This document shows positions 38,159-49,225 of a stretch of DNA of 64,000 bases, one piece after another. This DNA comes from Candidatus Aenigmatarchaeota archaeon. GTDB lineage: Archaea; Aenigmatarchaeota; Aenigmatarchaeia; QMZP01; QMZT01. The notes under the pieces are model-generated. The model did no database searches and had not been told where the DNA came from. It worked only from the letters and a program-made list of their open reading frames with translations. Within the stretch, counting starts at the first letter, position 1, and each line of letters begins with the position of its first letter. The stretch is taken from positions 1,041,252 through 1,105,251 of the forward strand of contig CAVSBQ010000002.1 in assembly GCA_963726265.1 (NCBI GenBank), in the 5' to 3' direction. Made by a program: the position numbers and the translations under genes.

Positions 38159-38798
38159 ATGTTCAAGCTTGTGATATTCGACCTCGACGGGACGCTGTTT
38201 CATTCGAACCAGGCCATAGCGGAGTCCATGAACATCGCTTTCGGCAAGGCCGGCCTCGGGCCGTACGCTTGGGACAGGGACATCGCGAGGTTCTTCGGCA
38301 TGCCTTTCAGGCAGTGGGTCGATGCGCTGCTGAAGGAAGAAGGGAGGTATTCAGACGGAGCTGGCTGAAAAGCTGGTCAACGCCACCTGGGACATTTACG
38401 GGAAGATAGGCCCGGCAAGGTCCAGGTTCAACCCGGGTGCGCTGGAAACGCTGGATGACCTGAAAAAAAGGGGCGTCCACCTCGCCGTCGCCACCAACAT
38501 GATACGCAGGCACGTCGACACGTTCTTTTCTTACTACAAGCTCGGCGGCTATTTCGAAAAGGTGTGCTCGATTTCCGACGTCAGGGAAGGCAAGCCGGCG
38601 AGGGACCAGTTCGACTGCATCATGGATGGCATCAGGGCCAGGAAAAGCGAGATACTGATGGTAGGCGACACAGCTTCGGACGTCGGCTTCGCGAGGAACT
38701 GCGGCATACGCGTCGCTCTGCTCGACGCAGCCTGGAACCGCTCGCTGGAACCCGATTACAGGCTCAAGAGCCTGAAGGAAGTCCTTGCGATGGCATGA
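38159..38798 (+). CDS. HAD-superfamily phosphatase, interrupted by a +1 indel near 38357
   Basis: FDLDGTL, VATN, GKP, MVGDTASD; removing one G in GACGGAG joins the ORFs. Confidence 0.88.
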
Positions 38799-38883
38799 GC
38801 TTTCCGCCTGCGGCGTTTCGCGCACTTATTAGCATGCCCATCCAAATATAAAGCCACAAGTTAAAGACTGTAAAGGTGTTCTT

Positions 38884-39018
38884 TTGAAACGGTGCAGCAA
38901 CAGTATCGAGACGTCAGGGCAGCTGAGCAGGTGCAAGATGGACAACTCCCTGTGCTGCATTTTCCCGAAGGAAAAATGCCCCAATTTCGTCGAGAAGAAG
39001 TTCAAGAAATGGAAATAA
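38884..39018 (+). CDS. 44-aa Cys-rich microprotein (TTG start; not in ORF track)
   Basis: AAGGTG SD; MKRCSNSIETSGQLSRCKMDNSLCCIFPKEKCPNFVEKKFKKWK. Confidence 0.55.
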   Translation: MKRCSNSIETSGQLSRCKMDNSLCCIFPKEKCPNFVEKKFKKWK

Positions 39019-39024
39019 AGAGGG

Positions 39025-39171
39025 CTACTCTTTTTTGTTGAAGATGAAATAGGCGACTATCCCCGCCAGCGTGAGCACCGGCCCGAAAGGCGAGCGGAAG
39101 GCAAGGAAGACCACCGTGCCCGCCACAAGGACTGCGAGAATCGCGAGCGCGACGAACCTGTTTTTTATCAT
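39025..39171 (-). CDS. 48-aa 2-TM microprotein downstream of htpX (not in ORF track)
   Basis: MIKNRFVALAILAVLVAGTVVFLAFRSPFGPVLTLAGIVAYFIFNKKE. Confidence 0.6.
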   Translation of the reverse strand: MIKNRFVALAILAVLVAGTVVFLAFRSPFGPVLTLAGIVAYFIFNKKE

Positions 39172-39202
39172 GCTTACTTTTCTCCGCTTGTCTTTCAGAA
39201 AT

Positions 39203-40153
39203 CTACTGCATCTTTGAGAGGTGCTGTATCCTCTTGAGCATGTTCGGGTGTGTGCTCATGATTTCCATGAGCTTGTCTGTGGCGCTTATTTTCACTTTCG
39301 TGCCGCGTATGGCTTCAAGCTCGTTGCTGTCTATGGTCCCGCTCATGTCCTTGTCGAGCGCCTTCAGGTCGTGAAAATCGCTGATGGCCCTGGACGGGTC
39401 GTTGACGAAGAACGCTTTATAGCCCTGGACCTTCTGGATGTCTGCCCTGCTGCTCTTGGCGTTGCCGTAGACCAGCTTGTAAAGCGAGGATGCCATTGTG
39501 CTTGGTTTGTTGCCAAGCTCTACGCTGCCCTTGTCCGCCCTGTATTCCCTGAACCTCGAGGCGAACATCACGATGAGGTTGGAGACGAAGTATATCACGA
39601 AGGCCGCGATGCCTATGATGACTGCGCCGCTGTTTTTCCTGCCTGAGGAATAAAGCGAGCCCCTGAATATGAACCAGAATATCATGGGTATGACGCTGAG
39701 CAGCGTGATGAACAGGACGTCCCTGCTCTTTATGTGGGTCATCTCGTGGCCTATCACCGAGCGCAGCTCGTCCTCGCTCATGAGGTCGAGGATGCCGCGG
39801 GTCACGCATATCCTACCATCGCCGCGAGAGCGGCCGAAGGCGAAGGCGTTGGGCATGCGCATCTCGGAGATCGCGACCCTCGGCTTCTTCATGCCCGCCT
39901 TCTCCGCGAGCTCGGCGACCATTTTATGCAGCTCCGGCGCGTCCTTCTCGGACACGTAGCGGACGCCCATAGACCATTCGACCAGCTTCGGGCCTATCAT
40001 GTACTGGATGAACATCATCACGAAGGCAACCACGCCGTAGAAAAGGAAGCCTTCAACGCCAAGATAGGCTCCTACAAAAGCGATGACTGCGTAGATTAGG
40101 CTGAACAAAAACATGGTCAGCAGCGACATGATAATCTGCGTCTTCATGGTCAT
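39203..40153 (-). CDS. htpX: membrane zinc metalloprotease HtpX (M48)
   Basis: PNAFAFG, GHEMTH, SRFREYRAD, STHP. Confidence 0.95.
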   Translation of the reverse strand: MTMKTQIIMSLLTMFLFSLIYAVIAFVGAYLGVEGFLFYGVVAFVMMFIQYMIGPKLVEWSMGVRYVSEKDAPELHKMVAELAEKAGMKKPRVAISEMRMPNAFAFGRSRGDGRICVTRGILDLMSEDELRSVIGHEMTHIKSRDVLFITLLSVIPMIFWFIFRGSLYSSGRKNSGAVIIGIAAFVIYFVSNLIVMFASRFREYRADKGSVELGNKPSTMASSLYKLVYGNAKSSRADIQKVQGYKAFFVNDPSRAISDFHDLKALDKDMSGTIDSNELEAIRGTKVKISATDKLMEIMSTHPNMLKRIQHLSKMQ

Positions 40154-40244
40154 CACACTAGGACGGACGTTCCTGGTCCGGTGAACATCCAAGTAAATAT
40201 ATACATAAATGCAGCTTAAAAACCTTTGAGCCCGAAATTTAAAA

Positions 40245-40643
40245 ATGGGCTACTACAGGATGCTTGCGGTGATTTTCGTAATCCTCATTTTCTCCGTGGT
40301 GGTCCAGGGCCAGGCGCTTTTTTCCGACGCGTTCTTCGCCATCGCTTACGCAGTGATGGCTCTCGCGCTCTTCATCGGCACGAAGTGGAACAGCAGCTCC
40401 ACGACTGCGATAGCGATAGGACTTCTCCTTCTGTTCTCGGTCGCTTTCCTGTCGACCAACGTCCTGATAGATTTCTTTTCGAAAGCGCCAACGCCGAACG
40501 TTTTCTTCAAGATGGCGATAGCCTTCTCGCTGGACGCATGCGCGCTGTTTTTCCTGCGCTACGGGCGTGATTTCAGGAAACACGAAGGGAGTCGCAGGTT
40601 CGGGCCTTACGACGTGACTGGAAAGCCGCCCAAAGAGGAGTGA
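40245..40643 (+). CDS. membrane protein, ~4 TM
   Basis: hydrophobic segments. Confidence 0.7.
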   Translation: MGYYRMLAVIFVILIFSVVVQGQALFSDAFFAIAYAVMALALFIGTKWNSSSTTAIAIGLLLLFSVAFLSTNVLIDFFSKAPTPNVFFKMAIAFSLDACALFFLRYGRDFRKHEGSRRFGPYDVTGKPPKEE

Positions 40644-40705
40644 CGCGCGAAAAGCGGCAAAACAATAATGCAAAACTTATATTAGTGGAAAATATTATTG
40701 TAATT

Positions 40706-41437
40706 ATGGACGCTCCCGCTGAGCCGCAGCAGCCACAGCCCCAGCCGCAGGCAGCGCCTGCCGCATACGTGGAGCAGGGCCAGAGGGGAATCGGTTTTGT
40801 AATCAAGTGCATCTGGCTTTTCGTGCTGGGCGCGATTCTCGCCGTCGTCGGGCTTCTCTGCCTTCTCTACAGGCCTGACATGGGCGAGATCAATCCTTTC
40901 ATCATAATGCTAATGGGTCTGTTCTTCACCGCGGCGGGCTCGATATACGGCAAGCGCAAGATGGCGGGCCAGCCAGTCGTCTCGGACGAGCTCATAGACC
41001 CGCAGAAGATGCTCCAGCTGAGGCCGGTTTACGAGGCGCCGCAGCCCCAGCCATCGCAGCCTCAGCCGCAATATCCGCAGCGCCAGGAATGGCCGCAGGC
41101 CTTCCAGCCCGCCAGCCAACCGCAGGCTCCGTCGCAACCGCAGGCACAAGCGGCGGCTCCCGCGGTTTCAGCCGCTCCGACCCAGCCCACCGAGCAGAAA
41201 ATAATCAGTATATTCGTGTGCCCGAACTGCGGGGCGGAAAACGAGATGGGAGACAAATTCTGCTACAAGTGCGGCTTCAAGTTCACCAAGCCAAAAAAGA
41301 AGCCCGCGAAGAAGCCGAAGGCGGCCAAGCAAAAAACCAAACCAGCGGCCAAGATGCCCGCTGCCGCAAAACCGAAAAAGAAGGCGGTAAAAAAAGCAAA
41401 GACGTCGAAGGCCCTGAAAGAAGAAACGCCCGCTTAA
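40706..41437 (+). CDS. 2-TM protein with Pro/Gln linker, zinc ribbon and Lys/Ala/Pro-rich tail
   Basis: CPNCG...FCYKCG; KKPAKKPKAAK tail. Confidence 0.8.
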   Translation: MDAPAEPQQPQPQPQAAPAAYVEQGQRGIGFVIKCIWLFVLGAILAVVGLLCLLYRPDMGEINPFIIMLMGLFFTAAGSIYGKRKMAGQPVVSDELIDPQKMLQLRPVYEAPQPQPSQPQPQYPQRQEWPQAFQPASQPQAPSQPQAQAAAPAVSAAPTQPTEQKIISIFVCPNCGAENEMGDKFCYKCGFKFTKPKKKPAKKPKAAKQKTKPAAKMPAAAKPKKKAVKKAKTSKALKEETPA

Positions 41438-41480
41438 TTTTTCTTGATTGGTATTCTAGATAAATCAGACTTTGAACAAA

Positions 41481-43016
41481 TCAGGCGATTCTCCATCTGA
41501 CGCCGTCTTCCTTGTCTTCCAGAATGACGCCCATGCCCTTAAGGCCGGCGCGTATCTCATCGGAAAGCGCGAACTCCTTTTTCCTGCGCAGCGCCTCCCT
41601 GACGTCGATGAAGACGGCCATTATCTTTGAGAAATTGTCTGGGTCGTATTCCTTCCCCTTCAGGCGGGCGATGTCTTTTTCGAGCCTTTTTGCGGTTTCG
41701 TCATCCTTCGCCTTCAGTAGCTCATGGCTCTCGACGAGCAGGTCAAGCGCCTTCTCCACCAGCTCTTTGGATACGCCTGCGTCTTTTTTCAGCACGCCGA
41801 GCACCCTGTCGAAGCGCTCCATGGCCGCGACGCATTTCGCGGCGTCGTCCCTGCCTATCTTGCCTGCGTCAATCAGCTTATTGGTTTGCGTCATGAAGTC
41901 GAAAATCGCGGGCAGCGCTGCGCTCACTTCCAGGTCGTCGTCCATCGCTTCTTTGAACTTGCGCTCCGCCCCATGAACCAGCTTTTCAACGTCAGCATTG
42001 GTTTTCGTCCCCTTCACTTCTTTCAGCAGGTCGATGAAATTATCGATTTTCTCGAGCGTCTGCTTGGCCGCCCACAGCGATTCGTCGGTCACGTTGAGCT
42101 TGGAGCGGTAGTGCGCCGAAAGCAGCGCATAGCGTATCGCTCTCGGCTCGTGACCCCTTTTCAGCAAATCGTTCAGGGTCAGGAAGTTGCCCAGCGACTT
42201 CGACATCTTCTGCCCCTCGACCATCACGTGCTCGTTGTGCAGCCAGTAGCGCACGAACTGCTGGCCATACGCCGCCTCGGATTGCGCGATCTCGTTCTCG
42301 TGATGCGGGAAGGTGAGGTCGACACCGCCCGTGTGGATGTCGAAAGTTTTCCCAAGGTATTTCGCCGACATGACCGAGCATTCGATATGCCAGCCGGGGC
42401 GACCCTTGCCTATCTCGGTTTCCCAGAACACGTCGCCATCCTCCGGCGTCCACGCCTTCCACAGGGCGAAGTCTCTGGCTTCGTCCTTCGAATACTCGTC
42501 CTGCGCCACGCGCGCGCCTGCCTTAAGGCCGGACAAATCGAGCTTCGAAAGCTTGCCGTAACCAGCGAATTTCCTTATGTTGAAATACACGGAGCCGTCC
42601 GCCCCGCGATATGCGACGCCTTTCTCCAGCAGGAGTTTCACCAGCTCGACCATCTCCTTGATGTGCTCGGTCGCGCGGGGATACAATTCGAACTTCTCCA
42701 CGTTCATCTTTTCGAGGTCGTCGAAAAATATCTTCGTGAACTTCTCCGTGAATTTCGCCAGCGTCATTCCCTCTTTCTTCGAATTCCTGATGGTCTTGTC
42801 GTCGACGTCGGTGATGTTCATTACATGTTTGACAGTGAAGCCGCGGTATTTCAGATACCGCCTCAGCAGGTCATAAAAAACGAACGCGCGCAGGTTGCCT
42901 ATGTGCGGGTAGTCGTAGACGGTCGGGCCGCACGAATACATCCTGACTTCGCCCTTGTGCAGCGGGAAGAACTCGTCCTTCGAGCGCGTCAGCGTGTTGT
43001 AGAACTTGAGGGGCAT
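41481..43016 (-). CDS. cysS: cysteinyl-tRNA synthetase
   Basis: CGPTVYD, HIGN, GRPGWHIECS, FPHHENE, KMSKS. Confidence 0.98.
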   Translation of the reverse strand: MPLKFYNTLTRSKDEFFPLHKGEVRMYSCGPTVYDYPHIGNLRAFVFYDLLRRYLKYRGFTVKHVMNITDVDDKTIRNSKKEGMTLAKFTEKFTKIFFDDLEKMNVEKFELYPRATEHIKEMVELVKLLLEKGVAYRGADGSVYFNIRKFAGYGKLSKLDLSGLKAGARVAQDEYSKDEARDFALWKAWTPEDGDVFWETEIGKGRPGWHIECSVMSAKYLGKTFDIHTGGVDLTFPHHENEIAQSEAAYGQQFVRYWLHNEHVMVEGQKMSKSLGNFLTLNDLLKRGHEPRAIRYALLSAHYRSKLNVTDESLWAAKQTLEKIDNFIDLLKEVKGTKTNADVEKLVHGAERKFKEAMDDDLEVSAALPAIFDFMTQTNKLIDAGKIGRDDAAKCVAAMERFDRVLGVLKKDAGVSKELVEKALDLLVESHELLKAKDDETAKRLEKDIARLKGKEYDPDNFSKIMAVFIDVREALRRKKEFALSDEIRAGLKGMGVILEDKEDGVRWRIA

Positions 43017-43133
43017 AAAGACACCATAATATATTATTCTCTTGCCTAGTTTTTATTAGAAATGTTTAAACAGATGTTTAAACGTCTTCTTTGCTTTATT
43101 AGTCCTTTTTTTTTGTATTATAAAAGGGTATCA

Positions 43134-43337
43134 ATGAAAGTTCAGGAGATGCGAACAACAATTTACAATAAAGAAGGCAAAAGAACATTTTACTATAAGA
43201 AAACACTGACTATCCCGAAAATGTTCTGCCAAATTCTTGCAATAGAAAAAGGCGAAGACTTGGAACCGAAACTCATCAATTTCAATAAAAATGACTGGAA
43301 AATTGAAATCATAAGAAAAGTTAAAAGAAGAGATTGA
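43134..43337 (+). CDS. AbrB/SpoVT-like small DNA-binding protein
   Basis: TLTIPKMFCQILAIEKGEDL matches the AbrB-type ITIP..I...LGI..GD.L pattern. Confidence 0.65.
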   Translation: MKVQEMRTTIYNKEGKRTFYYKKTLTIPKMFCQILAIEKGEDLEPKLINFNKNDWKIEIIRKVKRRD

Positions 43338-43459
43338 TTTTTCCGACTCATGTTTCATCTTCAGATTTCATAATATTTTTCTTGGATACCTGATATGATA
43401 TCTAATTTGTGCCACTAAAAACATCCCATGTAAAAATCATCCTTCCAATTCCCATTCGT

Positions 43460-46400
43460 ATGAAAAGCTCTGTAAAACTCTCGATAGCCTTTGTTTTGTC
43501 CATTTCCCTTTTGTTCTCGTGCTCGTTGCTTTTGTGGAACGCTGAGGCCGACTTTTCCTTGCAGAAAGTCAGCCTCGGAAACGATGCAGTTCGAATACAG
43601 ACAGACCAAGCTACGCCCGTCCCTGTCGTGGACGTCCAGCTGCTCGAGAACACCGACCAGTGTCTGGCCGACTGCTACGCAATCCTGAAATTTCATCCCT
43701 ATCAGGACATGGCCATTCCGCCTCAGACCAATTCGGAATTCGCCTGGAATTTCGAGAAGGAAAAACCGTGGATGGACGGCCTCGTCTCTCACCATTTCGA
43801 GCTCCTTGAAACAACCGAGTACAAAGTCGATATCCCGGAATACGGTAAAACGTTCATCAACACAACATGCTATCACGAGGACAACTCGACCTACGAGTGC
43901 GAGGTAGAGCAGACCGTCCAGACAGGCTCGCATCAGGAGACGAGATACAGGAACGAATACAAGCCGTTCGCCTTCTGGGGCGAAACTCTGAAAGCAAACC
44001 AGGACTACACGATAAAGCTCGTGGGCAAGAAGCGTCTCCATTTATTTGTAACCAATAACATCGACTGGATTCCAACAATAAAGGGACTTGACCTGAACGA
44101 CTGGGCATGGTGGAATTCTAGCTGGAAATACAAACAGTCAATCAATGTCAGCATGACATCCAACGTTACTGGCTACCAACTTAAGATAGTTATCAACGAA
44201 TCAAACAACGGATCACACTGGGACTGGACGAATGAATGCTCCGGGAAGTTCAGGATAGTGAACAAGGATGAAAATGAGACGCTGCCTTTCTGGATAGAGG
44301 AGTGTTCGGTTTCAGGCAAAAATATCACGTTCTGGTTCAACGGCTCTTTCAACGTCAACAACGGCACGCAGGCATACATTTATTATGGAAATCCCTATGC
44401 TTCAAGCGGAAGCAACGGCACCCTGACCTTCCCTTTCTTTGATGACTTCGAGTACAGCGACAGCCCCTCAAATCATGGCTGGTCTCTCACCAATGCGAGT
44501 GGCGGGAACATATCCGTCAATAATTCATTCTACAAAACGGGCTCGCAATCGCTTTTGGTAAAAACTAACGGAAATACTCATGCTTTAAACATTTCTTCTG
44601 GTTGGGGGAACTCCTCTCTGGAATGCTGGTTCCTCGATAACGGAGACTATGATGGCGGATTCACCGAAATAAACGTACTGCAATATGACAACACGACTGA
44701 TGGGGTATATGTTGGCATAGACGAATCAGAAGTGCACTACAATTATTCATACAGATTTTACACTCCCGGGCAACAATACGACACAAAAAAGGCGAGATCT
44801 AACGGATGGCATTCTTTGAGGATAACTTACAACGATTCAAGATATTATGTTTGGGTTGACGATGTTTACTACAATTCCACGGATAAACTCATTGCCCAGC
44901 CAACAAGAATAGTTCTTGGGTTTTGGTGGGCAAATCAATACGCCCAAAACTGGTTTGATGCGGTGAGGGTAAGAAAATATCTGCCCCAAGAGACTGCATA
45001 CTCGTTGGGTTTGGAAAACGATGGCTGTCCTTCAGATGACACTTACATAAACGAAAACACGAAATTCGAGCCAGGTAATATTTTTTGCAACGTACCCGAT
45101 GGAGATAACGAAGGAGTGCTTATAATAAATGCTTCGAATATTATCTTGGATTGCAATGGCATGACATTGAATGGCATGGATTCGGGGATAGGAATATATA
45201 ATGATGGATTTGATAACGTAACAATAAAAAACTGCAATGTAAATAATTATAACAAGGGAATAGAATTTGAAAATAATGCTGACAACAATACTATTTACAG
45301 CAATACACTTTATTCCAATATCGATCTGGAATTTTCTTTTTTTGCGATTCTTGTATCGGGCCGGAGGGAAATAATATAATCAACAATAAAATTGATTCAA
45401 ATCAATTCGGGTTATACCTTTATCTTTCTTCTAAAAATACTATAGTTGGTAATAATATAACTAATAGTTCGCATTTTGGAATAATTATAACTGATACTCA
45501 TTTGAGGAGGTGGAGTATAACAATACAATATCTAACTTGTAGAATCAGATCAAAATGTGACATATTGCAATGGCAATTTTTATGAAGCAATTTGTGATGT
45601 TTATATAGATAACGCAGCACTGAGATTTTCTTCCTAAATACTACATATAGTACAGAATATGTTGATGGAAACTCTAATCTCACAAGGCAATGGTACGTGA
45701 AAGTCAACGTCACCGACAAGAACATGGTTGGCATCCAAAATTACAGGTTTCCGCGAAAGACAAGTATGGTAATATTGAATGGACAGAAAACACGTATTCA
45801 AACGGGCTGACAGGATGGAAAACAACGACTCAATACATCCACAACCAAAGCGGAATCTACAATTACACCCCCCACAACATCTCAGCCTCGCATCCGGATT
45901 ACCCGTCAAACTTCACGGTGCAGAACATCACCGAAAGCAAGGTAATTCATCTTCTGCTCAAGCTGCCGTTAATCACGTTCAACGTCACCAGCGGCGAGGA
46001 CGGCAGCCCGTTGGACAACGTCAACATCGCATGCAACTACACCAGCTTCAACCAGAGTGACGATACCACGAACCCCTACGGGCCTTATGAGTTTCCAGTT
46101 GGAAGCTGGAGTTGTGAGTTTGAGGCAAAGCAACCGCAATTGCCAACAAATTACTTTAATGAAACAATAATATTCAACGCAAATGGAGATAAAACTGTAA
46201 ATGTCGTGATGGACGAACAAGCATATCTTACGGTCCAAGAACATGATTGGCTTGAAAAACTTTTCAATTGTTTATATCTTGGAACTGGAGATGATTGTTC
46301 ATCTTTGCAATTTTTTAACCAAATAAATCAGAGCACTACCAAAACATGGAACCAATTCAAGCGCACGGATCAGAGCATTGTAGCTTCAGAAATAATAACA

Positions 46401-47036
46401 AATAAAACAGTGAGTGAAAACTCAAACTTGACCATAAATTATTCAGTAAACGTTCCAATCAAGGAAGGCTTCAGTTTCGGTCAAACTTCTGGAGAAGTGA
46501 GACTCGATTACCTGCCAATAAGAATATCTTACTGGTTCTTGGATTCGAATAATTTGACTTGCTATTCGCAAGGTAACTATTCAGTAGCATTAGCCGAACC
46601 CTATTGTCAACCATTAACAGTTTATACCATCGGTCAGGTAAATACGACTCTTGATTTCACTGTCAGCTTAAGGCCGACTTTGCCTGCAGGAAATTACACC
46701 ATCATCAGAAATATAGAAATAGATCCTGAACAGGTATGGATAGATTATGGTCAGGAAATAATCGGACAAGTTGAAATTTCTGGGGATAACAAGGAATCAT
46801 ATGCCATCGTGAAGAACACGAATAATATACTCAAAATGACAGAGAAAACAAATGAAGATACCCATCTAAAGGAAACATCTTCAGTAGAAAATGAACAGCA
46901 GCAAACAGATAAAACAACAGGAATGGTAACGATACAACCAATCGATAGCATATCTTATGTCGCAGTTATAGTTTCAATCATAACTTTGCTACTAGTCGGC
47001 CTCATATACAAAAATTCGCGCAAAAGAAACCCTTGA
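43460..47036 (+). CDS. large surface glycoprotein (DUF2341 + ConA/LamG-like + NosD/CASH beta-helix + C-terminal TM), broken by several indels in ~45320-45745
   Basis: WWNSSWKYKQ...LPFWIE...IYYGNP...FFDDFE; ILDCNG/NVTIKNC beta-helix; coding character continues across frame switches into ORF 45690-47036. Confidence 0.75.
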
Positions 47037-47091
47037 GGTCGATAAGTCGTTTAAACATAAGTTTTTGTTCAGGTAAATCGAATTATTAATT

Positions 47092-49225
47092 ATGAATAGA
47101 AATTTACTCTTAATAATTTTATTCATAAATATTCTAATTTCAAATTCTGCTGAAGCGTCACAAATCTATCTGAACAGGAACGAATCGTGGGGAGGAAATC
47201 TGACGGGCATTTTCCATAGTTCGCTGGTTTTCGGCGACATAAACAATGACGGATATAATGACATGATATCAAGCGGCTGCACGGCGGGCGACATTACCAC
47301 ATGCACGACGGCGATTACGAAAGTTTATACCAATAATGGAACCACGTTGACCGAAAACCAGACGTGGCAGCAAAATCTCACAGGCGTTGGTCTTAGCTCA
47401 CTCTCACTAGGAGATATCGACAACGACGGGAATTTGGATTTGGTTTTGGCCGGAGACATGGGAGGATTTGATGGCACGATAAAGGTCTACACGAACAATG
47501 GCACTGTCTTCAATGAAAATTTGTCATGGGAAGCAAATCTTACTGACATTAGCGTAATTGGCGGTTCTGTCGCTCTTGGTGATGTTAATAATGATGGCAG
47601 AATCGATTTAGCTTTAGAAGGTGCTGATTCCTCGAATAAAAATGGAATTTATATTAACAATGGTACATCCTTCAATAAAGATTTCTATTGGGTAAATAAT
47701 ATGTCATTAGCCGGGCAAGGATATGGATTTGGTGTAAATGCGTTAGGAGATTTGAATAACGATGGACTTATAGATTTGATATTTTCTGGTAGCTATAGCA
47801 CAAATTTTTATGTAAATGTTTACATTAATAATGGAAGTTCTCTAATCGAAAATGCCACATGGCGAAATGGCTTAGATACTTGGGCATGGCCATCGATTAT
47901 TCTTGGAGATTATGACAACGATGGGGATATGGATTTGGCATATATGGGAACACATGGTGGTGACAGGTTTTATATATATAATAATTCTGGAAATACGTTT
48001 ATTCGCGGGCAGCTTGTTGGAGGTCTTTTTGATGGTTCAATATCATGGGGAGATTACAACAATGATGGTTATTTGGACTTGGCTTCAATGGGAAAGGAAG
48101 AAGATAGAAGTGTAATTTTTTTTAATAATTTTACAGATTTTTTATATGATTCTAATGTTAACATCGATTTTCGAACTGATAACATGCAGCAGGGTTCACT
48201 TGCCTGGATTGATTTAGATAATGACAGAGATTTGGATTTGGCATGTAATGGAAATGGTTATGGAATCGGTTTGTTAAACAAAATTTACATCAGTAATTCA
48301 ACAACATCAAATAATAGCCCGACACCTCCAATATCGTATTTCAACTCCACCTTCAACTTCTCAATCGGTAAATTAACATTGTCATGGGGCAACGGTTCCG
48401 ACGTCGAGACTCCGACACTCGGTCTGTATTACAATCTTCGCGTCGGAACCTGTTCAGGTTGCCACGACGTGGTTTCGGGCATTTATGGCGGCTCTTCAAA
48501 CCCGACCGCAGGTTACTTCGGCAACATGATGCAGAGGAAGCGCATCGTCTTGAACAGGCCGGATCTGGAGAACAAGACGATTTATTGGGCGGTGCAGACG
48601 ATAGATACTGGTCTTGGCGAAATCTGCGTGGTCAACGGAGCAGGTATATCACATAGCACAACAGTGCACCGAGAATTGGACTTACGGTGCATGGTCTTCT
48701 TGTGTCAATAACCAGCAGACTAGGACTGCTACTGACTCGAATAACTGCGGAACGACGATAAACAAGAGTGCGACCATTCAGAGCTGCACCTCATCTGCGC
48801 CGCCGTCAGGCGGCAGTCCTGCGCTGCCGGCTGCGACGAAGAACGAGACGAACGGGACCTCTGCGAATGCCGGTTCCTCGGGAACAAACACGACAAACGC
48901 CTCCGGTAACGTCAGTGCAGGCGCGAACGCGGATTCTTTGATGAACGGAAGCAACCAAAGCATGATAACATGCGTGCCTCTTGACGTCAAATGCGAAGGC
49001 AATGCTTTGCTGGAATGCGCTGCTTCGGAGATGAGATGGGCGGTCAAGCAGATATGCGAGTATGGCTGCGATGATGGGAGATGCAAGGAAAAGCCTTTTT
49101 GGTCTGCGGACATTTTCAGTTATTTGTGGTTGTTGGCAATTGCCGTCGTCGTTCTCGTTGCAGTTGTCTTTTTTCTTTTTTTGAAAACGAAAAGAACCAG
49201 TCATGAGGGTTTTTCAGTTGCCTGA
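47092..49225 (+). CDS. FG-GAP/VCBS beta-propeller surface protein with Fn3-like domain, Cys repeat and C-terminal TM; +1 indel near 48616
   Basis: seven DxDNDGxxDL-type repeats; YWAVQTIDTG joins AKSAWS after removing one base. Confidence 0.85.
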
